From the sequence record NC_028268.1: DNA of 38,049 nt; one strand, written 5' to 3'. The translations under genes were made by a program, and so were the position numbers. Below, in pieces: positions 1 through 8,634 of the stretch (its first letter is position 1; each line of letters starts with the position of its first letter). The notes below the pieces were generated by a model. The model worked only from the letters and a program-made list of their open reading frames with translations. It was not told the DNA's origin and searched no databases.

Positions 1-252
1 ATGAGGGTTGAGAATGCTTCTCTAGGCGACCGCCTTTCTAGGCTGTCCGGCAAAATGATAAGGAGGGTCAGGCTGAGCTGGTGTAATAACGAGGAGCACC
101 GTACCGTCGATATCTTCGAGGATTTGATGCACATGTTCCTCTGCGACGGCTACCACGTAGCCATAATCCTCGAAGACGGTACTGTGGTGGAGCTATTCGC
201 GGACGATAACGGCCACATCAACATATACGAGAAGCGCGGGAAGGTGGGGTAG
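1..252 (+). CDS. Hypothetical protein (83 aa)
   Basis: ORF track; its ATG overlaps the integrase stop (ATGA), indicating translational coupling. Confidence 0.7.
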   Translation: MRVENASLGDRLSRLSGKMIRRVRLSWCNNEEHRTVDIFEDLMHMFLCDGYHVAIILEDGTVVELFADDNGHINIYEKRGKVG

Positions 253-316
253 AGTGGCTCTAGCCCTTCCCGGATCCTCTCTGAAGCCGCCATGCGGTGG
301 GTGTGCCTGGGTGGGG

Positions 317-360
317 GTTAGAGACCCCTTTTCCGGTGTTCTGTCGAGGGCTTCTCTAAC
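317..360. repeat. Bipartite palindrome copy S1: GTTAGAGAC-N26-TTCTCTAAC
   Basis: Arms at 317-325 and 352-360, just upstream of ORF 391. Confidence 0.85.
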
Positions 361-390
361 ACTGCGCATACAACACTCGGGGTGGCCTGA

Positions 391-780
391 TTGGATGTTG
401 AGTACCAGCGTCTGTACGGTATCGAGTTCAGGGTGAAGGGTGTTCGGGGGTTGTACGGAGACGGCAGGTTCGGCAAAGCTATGGCTATAGCGGCATTCCT
501 GAGAACCCTGTCTGTTCTCTGGTTCATGCCCAGGGGTATGAGGCCCCATGTGGAGGTGTCGAAGGACTTCGGCGATGTCTGGCTCGAGTGGAGCGGCGAG
601 GGAGAGAGGCGTGTTTACATAGAGTTTATGCTATGCGGTGAGGGTTGCGAGTACGACGCCGAGGGTGTTCTGGAGATGGTTGGGTTCGACAGCAAGACGT
701 TCCGGAGCCTGCTAAACGCCTTCCTCAAGGAGGCTAGGCTGAGGAGTCTCCAGGCTACTGCGCCTCAGGGTGTGGGTTAG
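391..780 (+). CDS. Hypothetical protein (129 aa)
   Basis: ORF track (TTG start); abuts the next ORF at 781; codon usage typical of the genome. Confidence 0.7.
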   Translation: MDVEYQRLYGIEFRVKGVRGLYGDGRFGKAMAIAAFLRTLSVLWFMPRGMRPHVEVSKDFGDVWLEWSGEGERRVYIEFMLCGEGCEYDAEGVLEMVGFDSKTFRSLLNAFLKEARLRSLQATAPQGVG

Positions 781-1761
781 ATGGCCGTGCCCCCCGCCTC
801 CCGGGCCTGCCGAGGTGGCGGGGGGCGGGGCTGGGGGTTAGAGATTGTTCTGGCCGATCTTAGGCGGGGCTTCTCTAACCTCCTCGAGTGGGAGCTCCTC
901 AGTATAGTCGAGCTGAAGAGGCGGGGCCTAGGCCTCTCGGAGATAGCCAAGGCGGTTTACGGGACCAGCAGGAAGAGGTACAGGGTCTTCCGTATTCTGA
1001 GGCGTCTCCAGCGCATGGGTGTTCTCGACTGCCTACTCGAGGGCTCATGTTGCGCCCTGGGTGGGGAAGGCGACGGCGGCCATGTTGCGCCTGCCGAAGA
1101 TGCGCAACATGAAGGCGACGACGGGAGCGGGGAGGCGACATCGGAAGCAACATGGGAGGGGCTGCCTGGGAGGCTGGGGAGGACTCAGAAGCTTGTCATA
1201 GCGGCTCTGGCTATCCAGCTGGAGGCCACGCCCAGCATGATAGCTGCCTACGTCAACCATGCATACGGGAAACGGGTTTCCCGGAACGCTGTGTGGCACG
1301 CCCTCAAGAGGCTGTCAGCCCGGGGTGTCGTTGAGAGGCTACCCCGGGGCTACTACAGGCTCCGCAGGCTCTCCAGCGGCATCCTGGTGGAGAACCTCAG
1401 GGTGAGGGGTCGCATGGTATGGAGCACGAGAGAGGAGGGTAGGCCAGCCACGCTGGAGGAGGCGTTAATAACGGCGGCACTCAGAGACAGGACGTGGCCC
1501 GTGGAGCAGGCGGAACTCCTCTCACACGGCCCCCGCAAGCTGCTGGAGAAGGCAAGGCTGCTCGAAAGGCTGGGCTGGAGAATGACGGTTATGTATATAG
1601 ACAGGAAGAACGGCGCCCCCAGGCTGAAGCTGGAACACAGGCTCTGGAACACACCCATACCGGCAAGGCCGGAGGAGCTATACTCATGGGTAAACCTATA
1701 CAGGGAAGCCTCATCACTGGCAAGAGACCTCGCCGAACACATACTAGCGCGCACACGCTAG
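781..1761 (+). CDS. Tandem (winged) helix-turn-helix DNA-binding protein; regulator or replication initiator candidate
   Basis: Two HTH-like segments (LKRRGLGLSEIAKAVYG…RVFRILRRLQRMG and LGRTQKLVI…SRNAVWHALKRLSARGVVERLPRGYY) joined by a Gly/acidic linker. Confidence 0.7.
   Translation: MAVPPASRACRGGGGRGWGLEIVLADLRRGFSNLLEWELLSIVELKRRGLGLSEIAKAVYGTSRKRYRVFRILRRLQRMGVLDCLLEGSCCALGGEGDGGHVAPAEDAQHEGDDGSGEATSEATWEGLPGRLGRTQKLVIAALAIQLEATPSMIAAYVNHAYGKRVSRNAVWHALKRLSARGVVERLPRGYYRLRRLSSGILVENLRVRGRMVWSTREEGRPATLEEALITAALRDRTWPVEQAELLSHGPRKLLEKARLLERLGWRMTVMYIDRKNGAPRLKLEHRLWNTPIPARPEELYSWVNLYREASSLARDLAEHILARTR
837..879. repeat. Bipartite palindrome copy S2: GTTAGAGAT-N25-TTCTCTAAC (inside 5' part of ORF 781)
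   Basis: Arms at 837-845 and 871-879. Confidence 0.85.
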
Positions 1762-1819
1762 CCCATGTTGCGGGCGGGGGGTTCGTGGGCGCGCAATATT
1801 GGGGTTTGTGGTTGGGTTT

Positions 1820-2527
1820 TTATTGGCAGATTCTTTTTATGTTGTTTATGCGTTCGTCTAGGGTGAGGGCTGGTGCTCCTAATGTGGTTTCGTGGCTTGT
1901 GTTGATGCCTTGTTTCTTTAGGTGGTTGAGTATTTCTGCGAATATTAGTGCTGGTTTGCAGCCGGTTGTTTTTGCTGCTAGTGTGTCTGCTTCTAGTTCT
2001 TGTTCTTTTATTGTTGTTGCTTCGTATTTTGTGGTTTGTGCTAAGAGGGCGAGTGAGATTATTATTAGTAGTAGGTTGGCGGTGGGTTTTTCACTTTTCT
2101 TTGTTCTGTTTAGGTTTTTGATTGAGTCTTTGAGGCTGTCGAAGCTTATTTTGGTTAGTTGTCTTGTCGTGTAGGATGCGATGGCGTGGTTCTTCACTAT
2201 ATGGGCTACTTCGTGTGCTACGATGAATTTTATAACCTCTTCTGGCAGCTTATCCGCTAGTTCTCTACGGATAAACACTATTCCGTAGCCGCCTAGTCCT
2301 ATGGAGAATGCGAGCTCGTAGGCTGGTAGCTTTTCGTTCTCTTTAAACAGCGCCACTATTATTATGCCTCTTGAGCCCATTCTGGAGGCTAGTTCTTGTG
2401 CTAATGCTGTGTATTTGATGTCTAAGTTAGATAAGGCGAGGAGCAGAAGATCTATTAGCTCATCCTCCACACTTCTTTCGCTCAACTGCCTATTCCGACC
2501 TAAGTTTTTGGGGTGCTTCATGTTCAA
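1820..2527 (-). CDS. M48/HtpX-like zinc metalloprotease
   Basis: FIVAHEVAHIVKNH (HExxH) plus downstream EQELEAD, typical of family M48; AT-rich; alternative ATG at 2521. Confidence 0.8.
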   Translation of the reverse strand: MNMKHPKNLGRNRQLSERSVEDELIDLLLLALSNLDIKYTALAQELASRMGSRGIIIVALFKENEKLPAYELAFSIGLGGYGIVFIRRELADKLPEEVIKFIVAHEVAHIVKNHAIASYTTRQLTKISFDSLKDSIKNLNRTKKSEKPTANLLLIIISLALLAQTTKYEATTIKEQELEADTLAAKTTGCKPALIFAEILNHLKKQGINTSHETTLGAPALTLDERINNIKRICQ

Positions 2528-2561
2528 GATCCACTCAGCTTTTAAAGATAGTGCGTTATAC

Positions 2562-2570
2562 TATATAATA
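2562..2570 (-). promoter_or_regulatory. TATA box for the M48 protease gene
   Basis: TATATAATA about 35-40 nt upstream of the start, directly abutting palindrome S3. Confidence 0.55.
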
Positions 2571-2615
2571 TGTTAGAGAAGGTATTACCGCTATGCTGTG
2601 AAGTTTTCTCTAACA
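2571..2615. repeat. Bipartite palindrome copy S3: TGTTAGAGAA-N25-TTCTCTAACA
   Basis: Perfect 10-bp inverted repeat, arms at 2571-2580 and 2606-2615. Confidence 0.9.
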
Positions 2616-2893
2616 CGTGCTGGTGGTGTGAGCCCGATGCGAGCCTCGATCATAAATACCGTAGCCATGTAACATGACATCTATACTGCTTAGACTTACT
2701 CCAAATGAACCCACCCCACCTAGAGTTACGGCTTCCGGCCACGATGTAGGGAAGGGAGTTTTCCCTTGTTTCCAGCCTAGCACCCTCTGGGGAGGTTCCG
2801 ATTTTATTATTCTAGGGTTTTTCTGGGTGCCTCCTATAGTATTAGGAGTCATGGTGGCAAAGGCTGCATGTTAGAGTTTCCGATTACGTCGCG

Positions 2894-3877
2894 TTGCAGA
2901 GGCCTGGGTTGAGATATGGACTGTTTCTCATTATATCCGGTGGGGCGGCCTTGGTTCTGAGCTTCAATATTGAAGGACGGTTGTCCGAAGTCCTCATGGC
3001 TATTAGTGCGACCCTAACGGCCTCGGGTGCGATAATAGCCGCCCAGTCCTTGGCTCAACTGGAGATTCAAGAAGCCTTAGAGAGCAGAAGGGAGCATAAG
3101 AAAAGACTTGATAAGTTGGCAGAGCGTATCATCAGAGGTGACGCTGGTAGGATTGTATCTAACGCTATAGGGTTAGAGAAAACAAAATTTGACATACTCT
3201 ATTCAGAACCCTGCGATACACTTGAAGCATTGAAAGACGAGGAGCCTTATCTCCTGAAGGATCTAGACACTCATCTTGAAGGTAAGCCTATAAGTAAACT
3301 GCTAGATGTTTGCAGGAAGCATAAAAAGTCGGTAAAATCTTTAGATGAAGAATTGGATGAGATAGCTTCCAGAGTAGTTGATTTTGTGGTGCAGGAACTT
3401 GGACAGCAGTATAAAATTCTGGAAACGTATGACAATTCGTTTAAAGAATTCGTTAAAACTAAAGTATTAGCACCCACTATAAGAACCATACATAATAATG
3501 AGTCTCAATGGACGCTTGAGAATATAGTAAAAGAAGCACGTAGAATACAGGATGAAATAAAGATGGAAGTGAAATTGAAGGATACGTACAAAGGGGGTAT
3601 GTCAGGCATAGATGTATACATGTACGCGTTCAAGCTAGTATATGTTAAAGCTCATTTGCCGACAGAGGGTCCAGCCGTTCGCAATAACGTTCTGAGAGTG
3701 TTTAAAGAGGTATTTGAACAAAAGCTGGCCAGCTATGCCAAAGACCTAGTAGATAAGGTGGAGGAGACTTCATCATTAACGCGCAGTGCAGAAGAAATCA
3801 AGAAGCTAACGGTAAATCGTTTATACGAACTGAGGGAAAAAACGTATCTTCCAAACCTCTGCCAGTACGTAAAGTAA
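2894..3877 (+). CDS. Accessory membrane-anchored protein (two N-terminal TM helices plus helical/coiled-coil domain)
   Basis: 327-aa ORF, AT-rich, with hydrophobic N-terminal segments. Confidence 0.75.
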   Translation: MQRPGLRYGLFLIISGGAALVLSFNIEGRLSEVLMAISATLTASGAIIAAQSLAQLEIQEALESRREHKKRLDKLAERIIRGDAGRIVSNAIGLEKTKFDILYSEPCDTLEALKDEEPYLLKDLDTHLEGKPISKLLDVCRKHKKSVKSLDEELDEIASRVVDFVVQELGQQYKILETYDNSFKEFVKTKVLAPTIRTIHNNESQWTLENIVKEARRIQDEIKMEVKLKDTYKGGMSGIDVYMYAFKLVYVKAHLPTEGPAVRNNVLRVFKEVFEQKLASYAKDLVDKVEETSSLTRSAEEIKKLTVNRLYELREKTYLPNLCQYVK

Positions 3878-4097
3878 AATAGCGTTACTTCAAAGGGAGC
3901 CTTGCACTGCCTACCTATGTAAAACTTTGGTCGTCTTGGGCTCCTTGATTCATTATTTGAACATTATATATCACACCCGTTAATCATCGTGTTATTAAAG
4001 CTTTGCCAGCTATGGTTGGAGAAGTCAGCTCATAACATACTCAACCATCTCTTTAAACCCTGGATGGGCCCTGGAGGTTCTGTCTGCTTGCCTGGCT

Positions 4098-4289
4098 GTG
4101 GTGGGGCTCGGGGCCCAGGTTAGGGTTTTGAGGGGGTTGTTGGAGCTGTATCATGCTAGGTTGCCCGGCGATGTTAAACGCGGTATAGTGGATATGTTGG
4201 ATGAAGCCGAGGCTTTGAAGGCCGTCTTGAAGCGGGAGCTGGATCCGGTTTTGCGTAGGCTCGGAGACAAGGTGTTAGAGAACGGTTAG
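4098..4289 (+). CDS. Small hypothetical protein (63 aa)
   Basis: ORF track; amphipathic helical sequence; TTTAAA upstream; its 3' end overlaps S4. Confidence 0.55.
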   Translation: MVGLGAQVRVLRGLLELYHARLPGDVKRGIVDMLDEAEALKAVLKRELDPVLRRLGDKVLENG

Positions 4290-4319
4290 CCTGGGTTGCC
4301 TGTCCTGTTCTCTAACACC
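4271..4319. repeat. Bipartite palindrome copy S4: GGTGTTAGAGAAC…GTTCTCTAACACC
   Basis: Perfect 13-bp inverted repeat, with 25 nt between the 9-bp cores. Confidence 0.9.
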
Positions 4320-4344
4320 CTGGAGTCTAGGGTCTAGGCATGGT

Positions 4345-4388
4345 GTTAGAGGGAGGCTTTTTGCTCCAAGCTGGATGCTTTCTATTAC
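4345..4388. repeat. Degenerate palindrome copy: GTTAGAGGG-N26-TTCTATTAC
   Basis: Each arm matches 7/9 of the consensus at the correct spacing; left arm is preceded by GGT as in the best copies. Confidence 0.5.
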
Positions 4389-4430
4389 TCATGTATGATG
4401 CATAGTATTAGATGTTTGATAAAAGAATGG

Positions 4431-5222
4431 CTAGCGTTTTTGATGGCATAGATTTAGGGCTTCCTCTGCTATTTGTACTAAATAAGTTTTTTGAACAAAT
4501 CCTACTAATTCATTTATAGTCTTACTTGTTTCTTCCGTTATAGGGTTGTCGAGTTGCTTTAGTAGGATTCTTGTTCTATCTAGTATTTCTGTTGATCCCG
4601 TAGTTTCTGCTGCTCTTTTAATGATCTCTAGAGCTTCTTTTGGTCTTGGCATTGAAAATATATCGTGTCCTTGGCTGGAGGAGGTTAGTGGCGTAATGGC
4701 TAGGGAGCGGCTTTTAATGGCCTCTGGTAGGCCCCAGCAGATGATTATATATCCTTTGAATGGATCACTATAATTATGTTTCTTTGCTTCGGCAACAGCT
4801 TTAAGGAGCGTTAATAGCGAGGCTGCAATATCTGGCTTCATTGATTCTATTACTTGTTGTTGGGCTAATTCTCTTGTGTAATAAGCTTGATAGTATATTG
4901 CTCCTAGCACGAAGAGAGATATTATTACGCTAATTATAGTTAGCACGCCTGATGTTACATCCCATAAAGGGATAAAGCCTTTAATATATAAAAGCCAACT
5001 TACTACAATGATGACCAAAGAGACTACAAACAAAATTACACTTACAAGCTTTGGCTTCAGATCCATCATCTCCCAGAGAATACTTAGACTATAGCAATAC
5101 CATATTTTATTTTTATGGTTAGAGAAGCTTCTTATATGAGGATTGTAGTTGCCCTCTAACTCCGGATTTCTATGCTCTCTTGTAAGGAGTTGTCTCTGCG
5201 TCTCGTGGCTCCTGTTAATCAT
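4431..5222 (-). CDS. Accessory membrane protein (two TM helices); true start may be ATG 5069/5066
   Basis: 263-aa ORF, AT-rich; hydrophobic LVSVILFVVSLVIIVVSWLLY and VLTIISVIISLFVLGAIYY segments. Confidence 0.7.
   Translation of the reverse strand: MINRSHETQRQLLTREHRNPELEGNYNPHIRSFSNHKNKIWYCYSLSILWEMMDLKPKLVSVILFVVSLVIIVVSWLLYIKGFIPLWDVTSGVLTIISVIISLFVLGAIYYQAYYTRELAQQQVIESMKPDIAASLLTLLKAVAEAKKHNYSDPFKGYIIICWGLPEAIKSRSLAITPLTSSSQGHDIFSMPRPKEALEIIKRAAETTGSTEILDRTRILLKQLDNPITEETSKTINELVGFVQKTYLVQIAEEALNLCHQKR
5118..5160. repeat. Bipartite palindrome copy S5: GTTAGAGAA-N25-CCCTCTAAC
   Basis: Arms at 5118-5126 and 5152-5160; the right arm has 2 mismatches. Confidence 0.75.
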
Positions 5223-5261
5223 GGTTGATGGACGTGGCGGTGTCGGGGTGGGTATATAATA

Positions 5262-5312
5262 AGGTGTTAGAGAATGTTAGGGCACTATGCTGAGGAACCT
5301 TCTCTAACACCT
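5262..5312. repeat. Bipartite palindrome copy S6: AGGTGTTAGAGAA-N25-TTCTCTAACACCT
   Basis: Perfect 13-bp inverted repeat; TATATAAT at 5253-5260 lies immediately to the left. Confidence 0.9.
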
Positions 5313-5440
5313 ACTGTTGGCGCGAGCCCGTGTTGAGTCTTGATCTATCTATGAATGCTATAGCCTTGTAATGCATGGTTTATACTGCTTATGACTTCCG
5401 CCTCTGAGTTTTAACTACTTAAAGCCCTAACTCCAGTCAT

Positions 5441-5489
5441 GGTGTTAGAGAATGTTTTAGGCGGTTTTGAACAGTCGTTCTCTAACACC
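5441..5489. repeat. Bipartite palindrome copy S7: GGTGTTAGAGAA-N25-TTCTCTAACACC
   Basis: Perfect 12-bp inverted repeat; TTATTATA at 5491-5498 lies immediately to the right. Confidence 0.9.
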
Positions 5490-5572
5490 CTTATTATACG
5501 TTTCAGGTTGCTCCGTGCTGTTTCCAGTCTTCATCTAGTATGTTGCATGGCGCATATAGTATGTAGGGTGGG

Positions 5573-5851
5573 TTGGTGTCTGTGCATGTGGATAGGTTTG
5601 TAGCAGTAGTGGATTATATTATAGATATTGTTGCGGGTGTTTTGATGGCGTTCTTCATGGTGGTGTTTGGCTGGTTTCTGAAGGGAGCATATGAAGTGCA
5701 TAGGGCTGGTGCTTGCGATGGGCTCTGCATGAATCTATTTGTTCTGAGCCTGATAGGGTTCATGCTTGCTACCGCGCTTTCCCTCTTCTTTTCTAGGTCA
5801 ATACTGAGGAAGCTAGGGGGTGCAAGTGATGGTCCTAGAGTATGTGCGTAG
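5573..5851 (+). CDS. Small membrane protein (two TM helices)
   Basis: 92-aa ORF with two long hydrophobic stretches. Confidence 0.65.
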   Translation: MVSVHVDRFVAVVDYIIDIVAGVLMAFFMVVFGWFLKGAYEVHRAGACDGLCMNLFVLSLIGFMLATALSLFFSRSILRKLGGASDGPRVCA

Positions 5852-6308
5852 GCTTGTTGGGGCTAGGGAGAAGCCTGATCCCCGTGAGCTTTTGGGTTTG
5901 GTGGAGGCGGTTGATGCTGGGCAGCAGCAGGGTGGTGCGCCCCCGTTCGACTTGTATACGTTGCTTGAGGACGAGAAGGTTGGGCGCGAGCTGTGGCCCT
6001 ATATTCTGGGGTTTGTGGCGAGGGATACGAAGCTCACCTACTTTACGGAGAGGGATGAGGAGTACCTGTTCTGGAAGATCGAGGCGATAGCGACTAAGAT
6101 AGAGATGGCGCTGAACTCGCAGACCCCGCCGCCCGACCGGTTCCCCAGGGTTGAGGATTACGTGAAGGTTGTGGAGGCGCAGCGGCTGCTGGCGGACAAC
6201 CTGAGGGTGCTGATGCTGGCGGCCGTGAGGCGCTCCACACTGGGCTTCGAGAGGAGGCTGCAGGCGATGCGCCACTTCGTCTTCTCCTACTCGGACAGGA
6301 GGTTCTAG
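5829..6308 (+). CDS. Hypothetical viral protein (about 159 aa)
   Basis: ORF 5820..6308 with in-frame ATG at 5829; first gene of the GC-rich co-directional block. Confidence 0.7.
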   Translation: MVLEYVRRLVGAREKPDPRELLGLVEAVDAGQQQGGAPPFDLYTLLEDEKVGRELWPYILGFVARDTKLTYFTERDEEYLFWKIEAIATKIEMALNSQTPPPDRFPRVEDYVKVVEAQRLLADNLRVLMLAAVRRSTLGFERRLQAMRHFVFSYSDRRF

Positions 6309-6313
6309 GGGCC

Positions 6314-7273
6314 TTGATGGGCGCGCTCATGCTGCTGGGCATGGCCCTCGGGGGGCTGGCGGGCCTGGGGGCTGGCTACCTGCTCTACCCCTCGAGGCCC
6401 GACCTGGCCCTCCTGGCGGGGCTGGGCGCCGGTTCGGCCCTGGGCTGGGCTATGGGGTTCTTCTACTGGAGCTTCGGGGTTCCACCGGCGTTCAAGCAGG
6501 CTATGCGGGCTGCTAGAACCGGGTTCCTTATTGTGGCTGTGGGGGCGGACAAGAAGGCCCGCCTCCTCCCGGGGTTCAGCGACGGCTTCGTGGTCCGCCC
6601 GGCGCCTAGGCCCTACAGGGATAAGTACGCGTGGGCGGCGGACGGGGAGAGCAGCTACCCTATCCACGGGGGCCGGGGGACCCAGCTCCTCGTAACATTC
6701 ATGGGCTACCCCTTCCCCCTGGAGGCCGGGAAGGCGGCGGCCGTCTCGAAGTTCAGGGAGAGGGGGTTCAGGAGCATTGAGGACCTGAAGACGGCGGTGG
6801 AGCTGCCTACTGTGGAGGAGATTGAGGCCCGGATGCGGGAGCTGGAGGCGGCTAGGGCCTCTATAGAGAAGATGGACGAGGGGGAGGTTAGGCGGCTCTA
6901 CGGCGAGGATAAGCGCCAGCTTCTCGCTGAGGTTGATAGGGAGCTGGAGCGGCTGGAGAGGGTTAGAGAACTCGTTAAGGAGTACGGCGGCGGCAGTTCT
7001 CTAACCGTTAACGTGGACGGCGCCACGGTGAGGGCCTCGGACCTCATCTCCTACCTCGTCTGGCGCCACCATCCGAGCGAGATCGACAGGATAGTGAAGG
7101 CTGAGACCAACGCGGTGCTCTCCAGGCTCTCCGCTGTGGACTGGCTGAGGCAGCTCCTGCCGGTCATCATAGTGACGGGTATGTTCGTGCTGGGTATCAT
7201 AGTGGTGGTGTACATGCTGAAGGGTGGCGGGCCCCCGGCGCCGGTCGAGTCCATAGCTATAGGGGGTGGGTAG
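6314..7273 (+). CDS. Membrane protein with N- and C-terminal TM helices and a central coiled coil (position analogous to fusellovirus B277)
   Basis: Hydrophobic termini and an EEIEARMRELEAARASIE coiled coil; lies upstream of a small gene and the ATPase. The homology is a synteny-based inference. Confidence 0.7.
   Translation: MMGALMLLGMALGGLAGLGAGYLLYPSRPDLALLAGLGAGSALGWAMGFFYWSFGVPPAFKQAMRAARTGFLIVAVGADKKARLLPGFSDGFVVRPAPRPYRDKYAWAADGESSYPIHGGRGTQLLVTFMGYPFPLEAGKAAAVSKFRERGFRSIEDLKTAVELPTVEEIEARMRELEAARASIEKMDEGEVRRLYGEDKRQLLAEVDRELERLERVRELVKEYGGGSSLTVNVDGATVRASDLISYLVWRHHPSEIDRIVKAETNAVLSRLSAVDWLRQLLPVIIVTGMFVLGIIVVVYMLKGGGPPAPVESIAIGGG
6961..7006. repeat. Bipartite palindrome copy S8 (inside CDS): GGTTAGAGAAC…GTTCTCTAACC
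   Basis: Perfect 11-bp inverted repeat, with 26 nt between the cores. Confidence 0.9.
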
Positions 7274-7276
7274 GCT

Positions 7277-7681
7277 TTGGGCTACAGCAGGTTCAGGACT
7301 GTTAAGAGCCTGCAGCCCGGCTTCATAGCCGTCATCTCCGAGGTGGCCCTGGAGGCTGTTAAGGCTAAGATCGCCGCCTCGAGGAACCCCTTCGCCGCCT
7401 ACGACTACGCCGAGGCCCTGGACGCCCTGATATCCGTTCTGCCGCCGGAGGCCAAGCAGGACATTACCAAGCGGCTCGGGGTTGACGTGGATATTGTCGT
7501 CGAGGAGGCCCTCGGTAGCTGCTCGAGGGATCCGAACGCGCATCCCTACGTAAACGAGGCCAGATGCCTCCGGAGGGTCAAGGAGGACCTAGACAAGCTG
7601 CTCCGAGTTGTTTTCGACGTAGCCCACAGGAGGGGCTTGTTCGTGGTTGAGAGGGAGGTGCTGTACGGTGGGGAGGCGTAG
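7277..7681 (+). CDS. Hypothetical helical protein (position analogous to fusellovirus A154)
   Basis: 134-aa ORF immediately upstream of, and overlapping, the ATPase gene. Confidence 0.7.
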   Translation: MGYSRFRTVKSLQPGFIAVISEVALEAVKAKIAASRNPFAAYDYAEALDALISVLPPEAKQDITKRLGVDVDIVVEEALGSCSRDPNAHPYVNEARCLRRVKEDLDKLLRVVFDVAHRRGLFVVEREVLYGGEA

Positions 7682-8540
7682 GATAGAGGATGTCCTTGAG
7701 ATACTCGAGTCCGGGGATCTAGGTGAGATAGACGGGGTGGCGGAGAACGCGAGGGAGTTCTATGAGAGGCCTGAGGAGGCCGAGGAGTCCGGCGTGGGCT
7801 GGAGCATCCTCGCCGGGTGGATGGAGTCGGCGTTCAGGACCGGCGGGTTCAACTCGGTTATAGTCTACGGGAAGCAGGGGGCCGGTAAGTCCGTGTACGC
7901 CATTAAGGTTGTCTACGACCTGCTCCGCAGGCTGGGCGTGGTGCCCGCTAGCTCGACCAGCCGCATAGTCTTCAAGCGGTACATGGTTTTCTCCGCGTCC
8001 CACTTCATCGGGAAGATCAAGAACGCCCGGGGGGCTAGGCTGCCAGCGGTGATATGGGACGATGCGGGGGTCCACGGGGGGTCCTACCTGTTCTTCACCG
8101 ACGTGTTCCTGGCTAAGGCTTTGGGCGACCTCTTCAGGGTCGCCAGGACCAGGGTGGCCAACATAATCTTCACAACCCCCAGCCCCCGGGACCTGCTGAA
8201 GCCGTTTCGCTCCTACGACACGATTATAGTCTATGTGCACGAGATGGACGAGGTTTGGTCGAGGGCACACATCTACAAGATGAGGCTCCTGCCCTCCGGC
8301 GATGTACGGGTTCAGAAGAAGGCTATGGAGGACTTCCGGAGGAGGCTTAGGACCTACGACGAGTACATCAGGATTAGGGATAGGTATGTTGACGAGGCTA
8401 TTGACGCTTTGGAGGAGCTTATGCTGGTCAAGTATGCTGAGAGGGCTATGAAGAGGGCCAGGCTGTTTGAGAAGGCTGCAAGGCTGGGGGGCTGGAGGGG
8501 GTTTGAGGCAGAGGACCAAGGATCCTATCGGGACGATTAG
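7647..8540 (+). CDS. P-loop ATPase, SSV1 B251-like (putative packaging ATPase)
   Basis: Walker A VIVYGKQGAGKS, Walker B AVIWDDAG, and downstream NIIFTTP strand. Confidence 0.85.
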   Translation: MRGRCCTVGRRRIEDVLEILESGDLGEIDGVAENAREFYERPEEAEESGVGWSILAGWMESAFRTGGFNSVIVYGKQGAGKSVYAIKVVYDLLRRLGVVPASSTSRIVFKRYMVFSASHFIGKIKNARGARLPAVIWDDAGVHGGSYLFFTDVFLAKALGDLFRVARTRVANIIFTTPSPRDLLKPFRSYDTIIVYVHEMDEVWSRAHIYKMRLLPSGDVRVQKKAMEDFRRRLRTYDEYIRIRDRYVDEAIDALEELMLVKYAERAMKRARLFEKAARLGGWRGFEAEDQGSYRDD

Positions 8541-8573
8541 GATCTCCCAGCTACTGTTAAACCTGGTGGAGCA

Positions 8574-8625
8574 GATGTGTTAGAGAATGTTTTCTCGTGA
8601 TGGTCTAGTTGTTCTCTAACACATC
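8574..8625. repeat. Bipartite palindrome copy S9: GATGTGTTAGAGAA-N24-TTCTCTAACACATC
   Basis: Perfect 14-bp inverted repeat, the longest copy; TTTATAAA follows at 8627-8634. Confidence 0.92.
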
Positions 8626-8626
8626 C

Positions 8627-8634
8627 TTTATAAA
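8627..8634 (+). promoter_or_regulatory. TATA box (TTTATAAA) for ORF 8679
   Basis: Canonical archaeal TATA box 45 nt upstream of the ATG. Confidence 0.6.

Noticed and set aside
2581-2596. S3 spacer GTATTACCGCTATG resembles 26371-26385 GTATTACCAGCTATG
   Set aside because: A single short gapped match, plausible by chance; no other spacer showed a similar match by eye.
2610-2874. Short ORFs 2610..2852 (-) and 2674..2874 (+)
   Set aside because: No motifs or clear RBS and they overlap each other; possibly a decayed cargo remnant, but not supportable.
2869-3180. Lone half-sites (TGTTAGAG 2869, GGTTAGAGAA 3171; also 16402, 20109)
   Set aside because: No partner arm at 24-26 nt, so not counted as copies.
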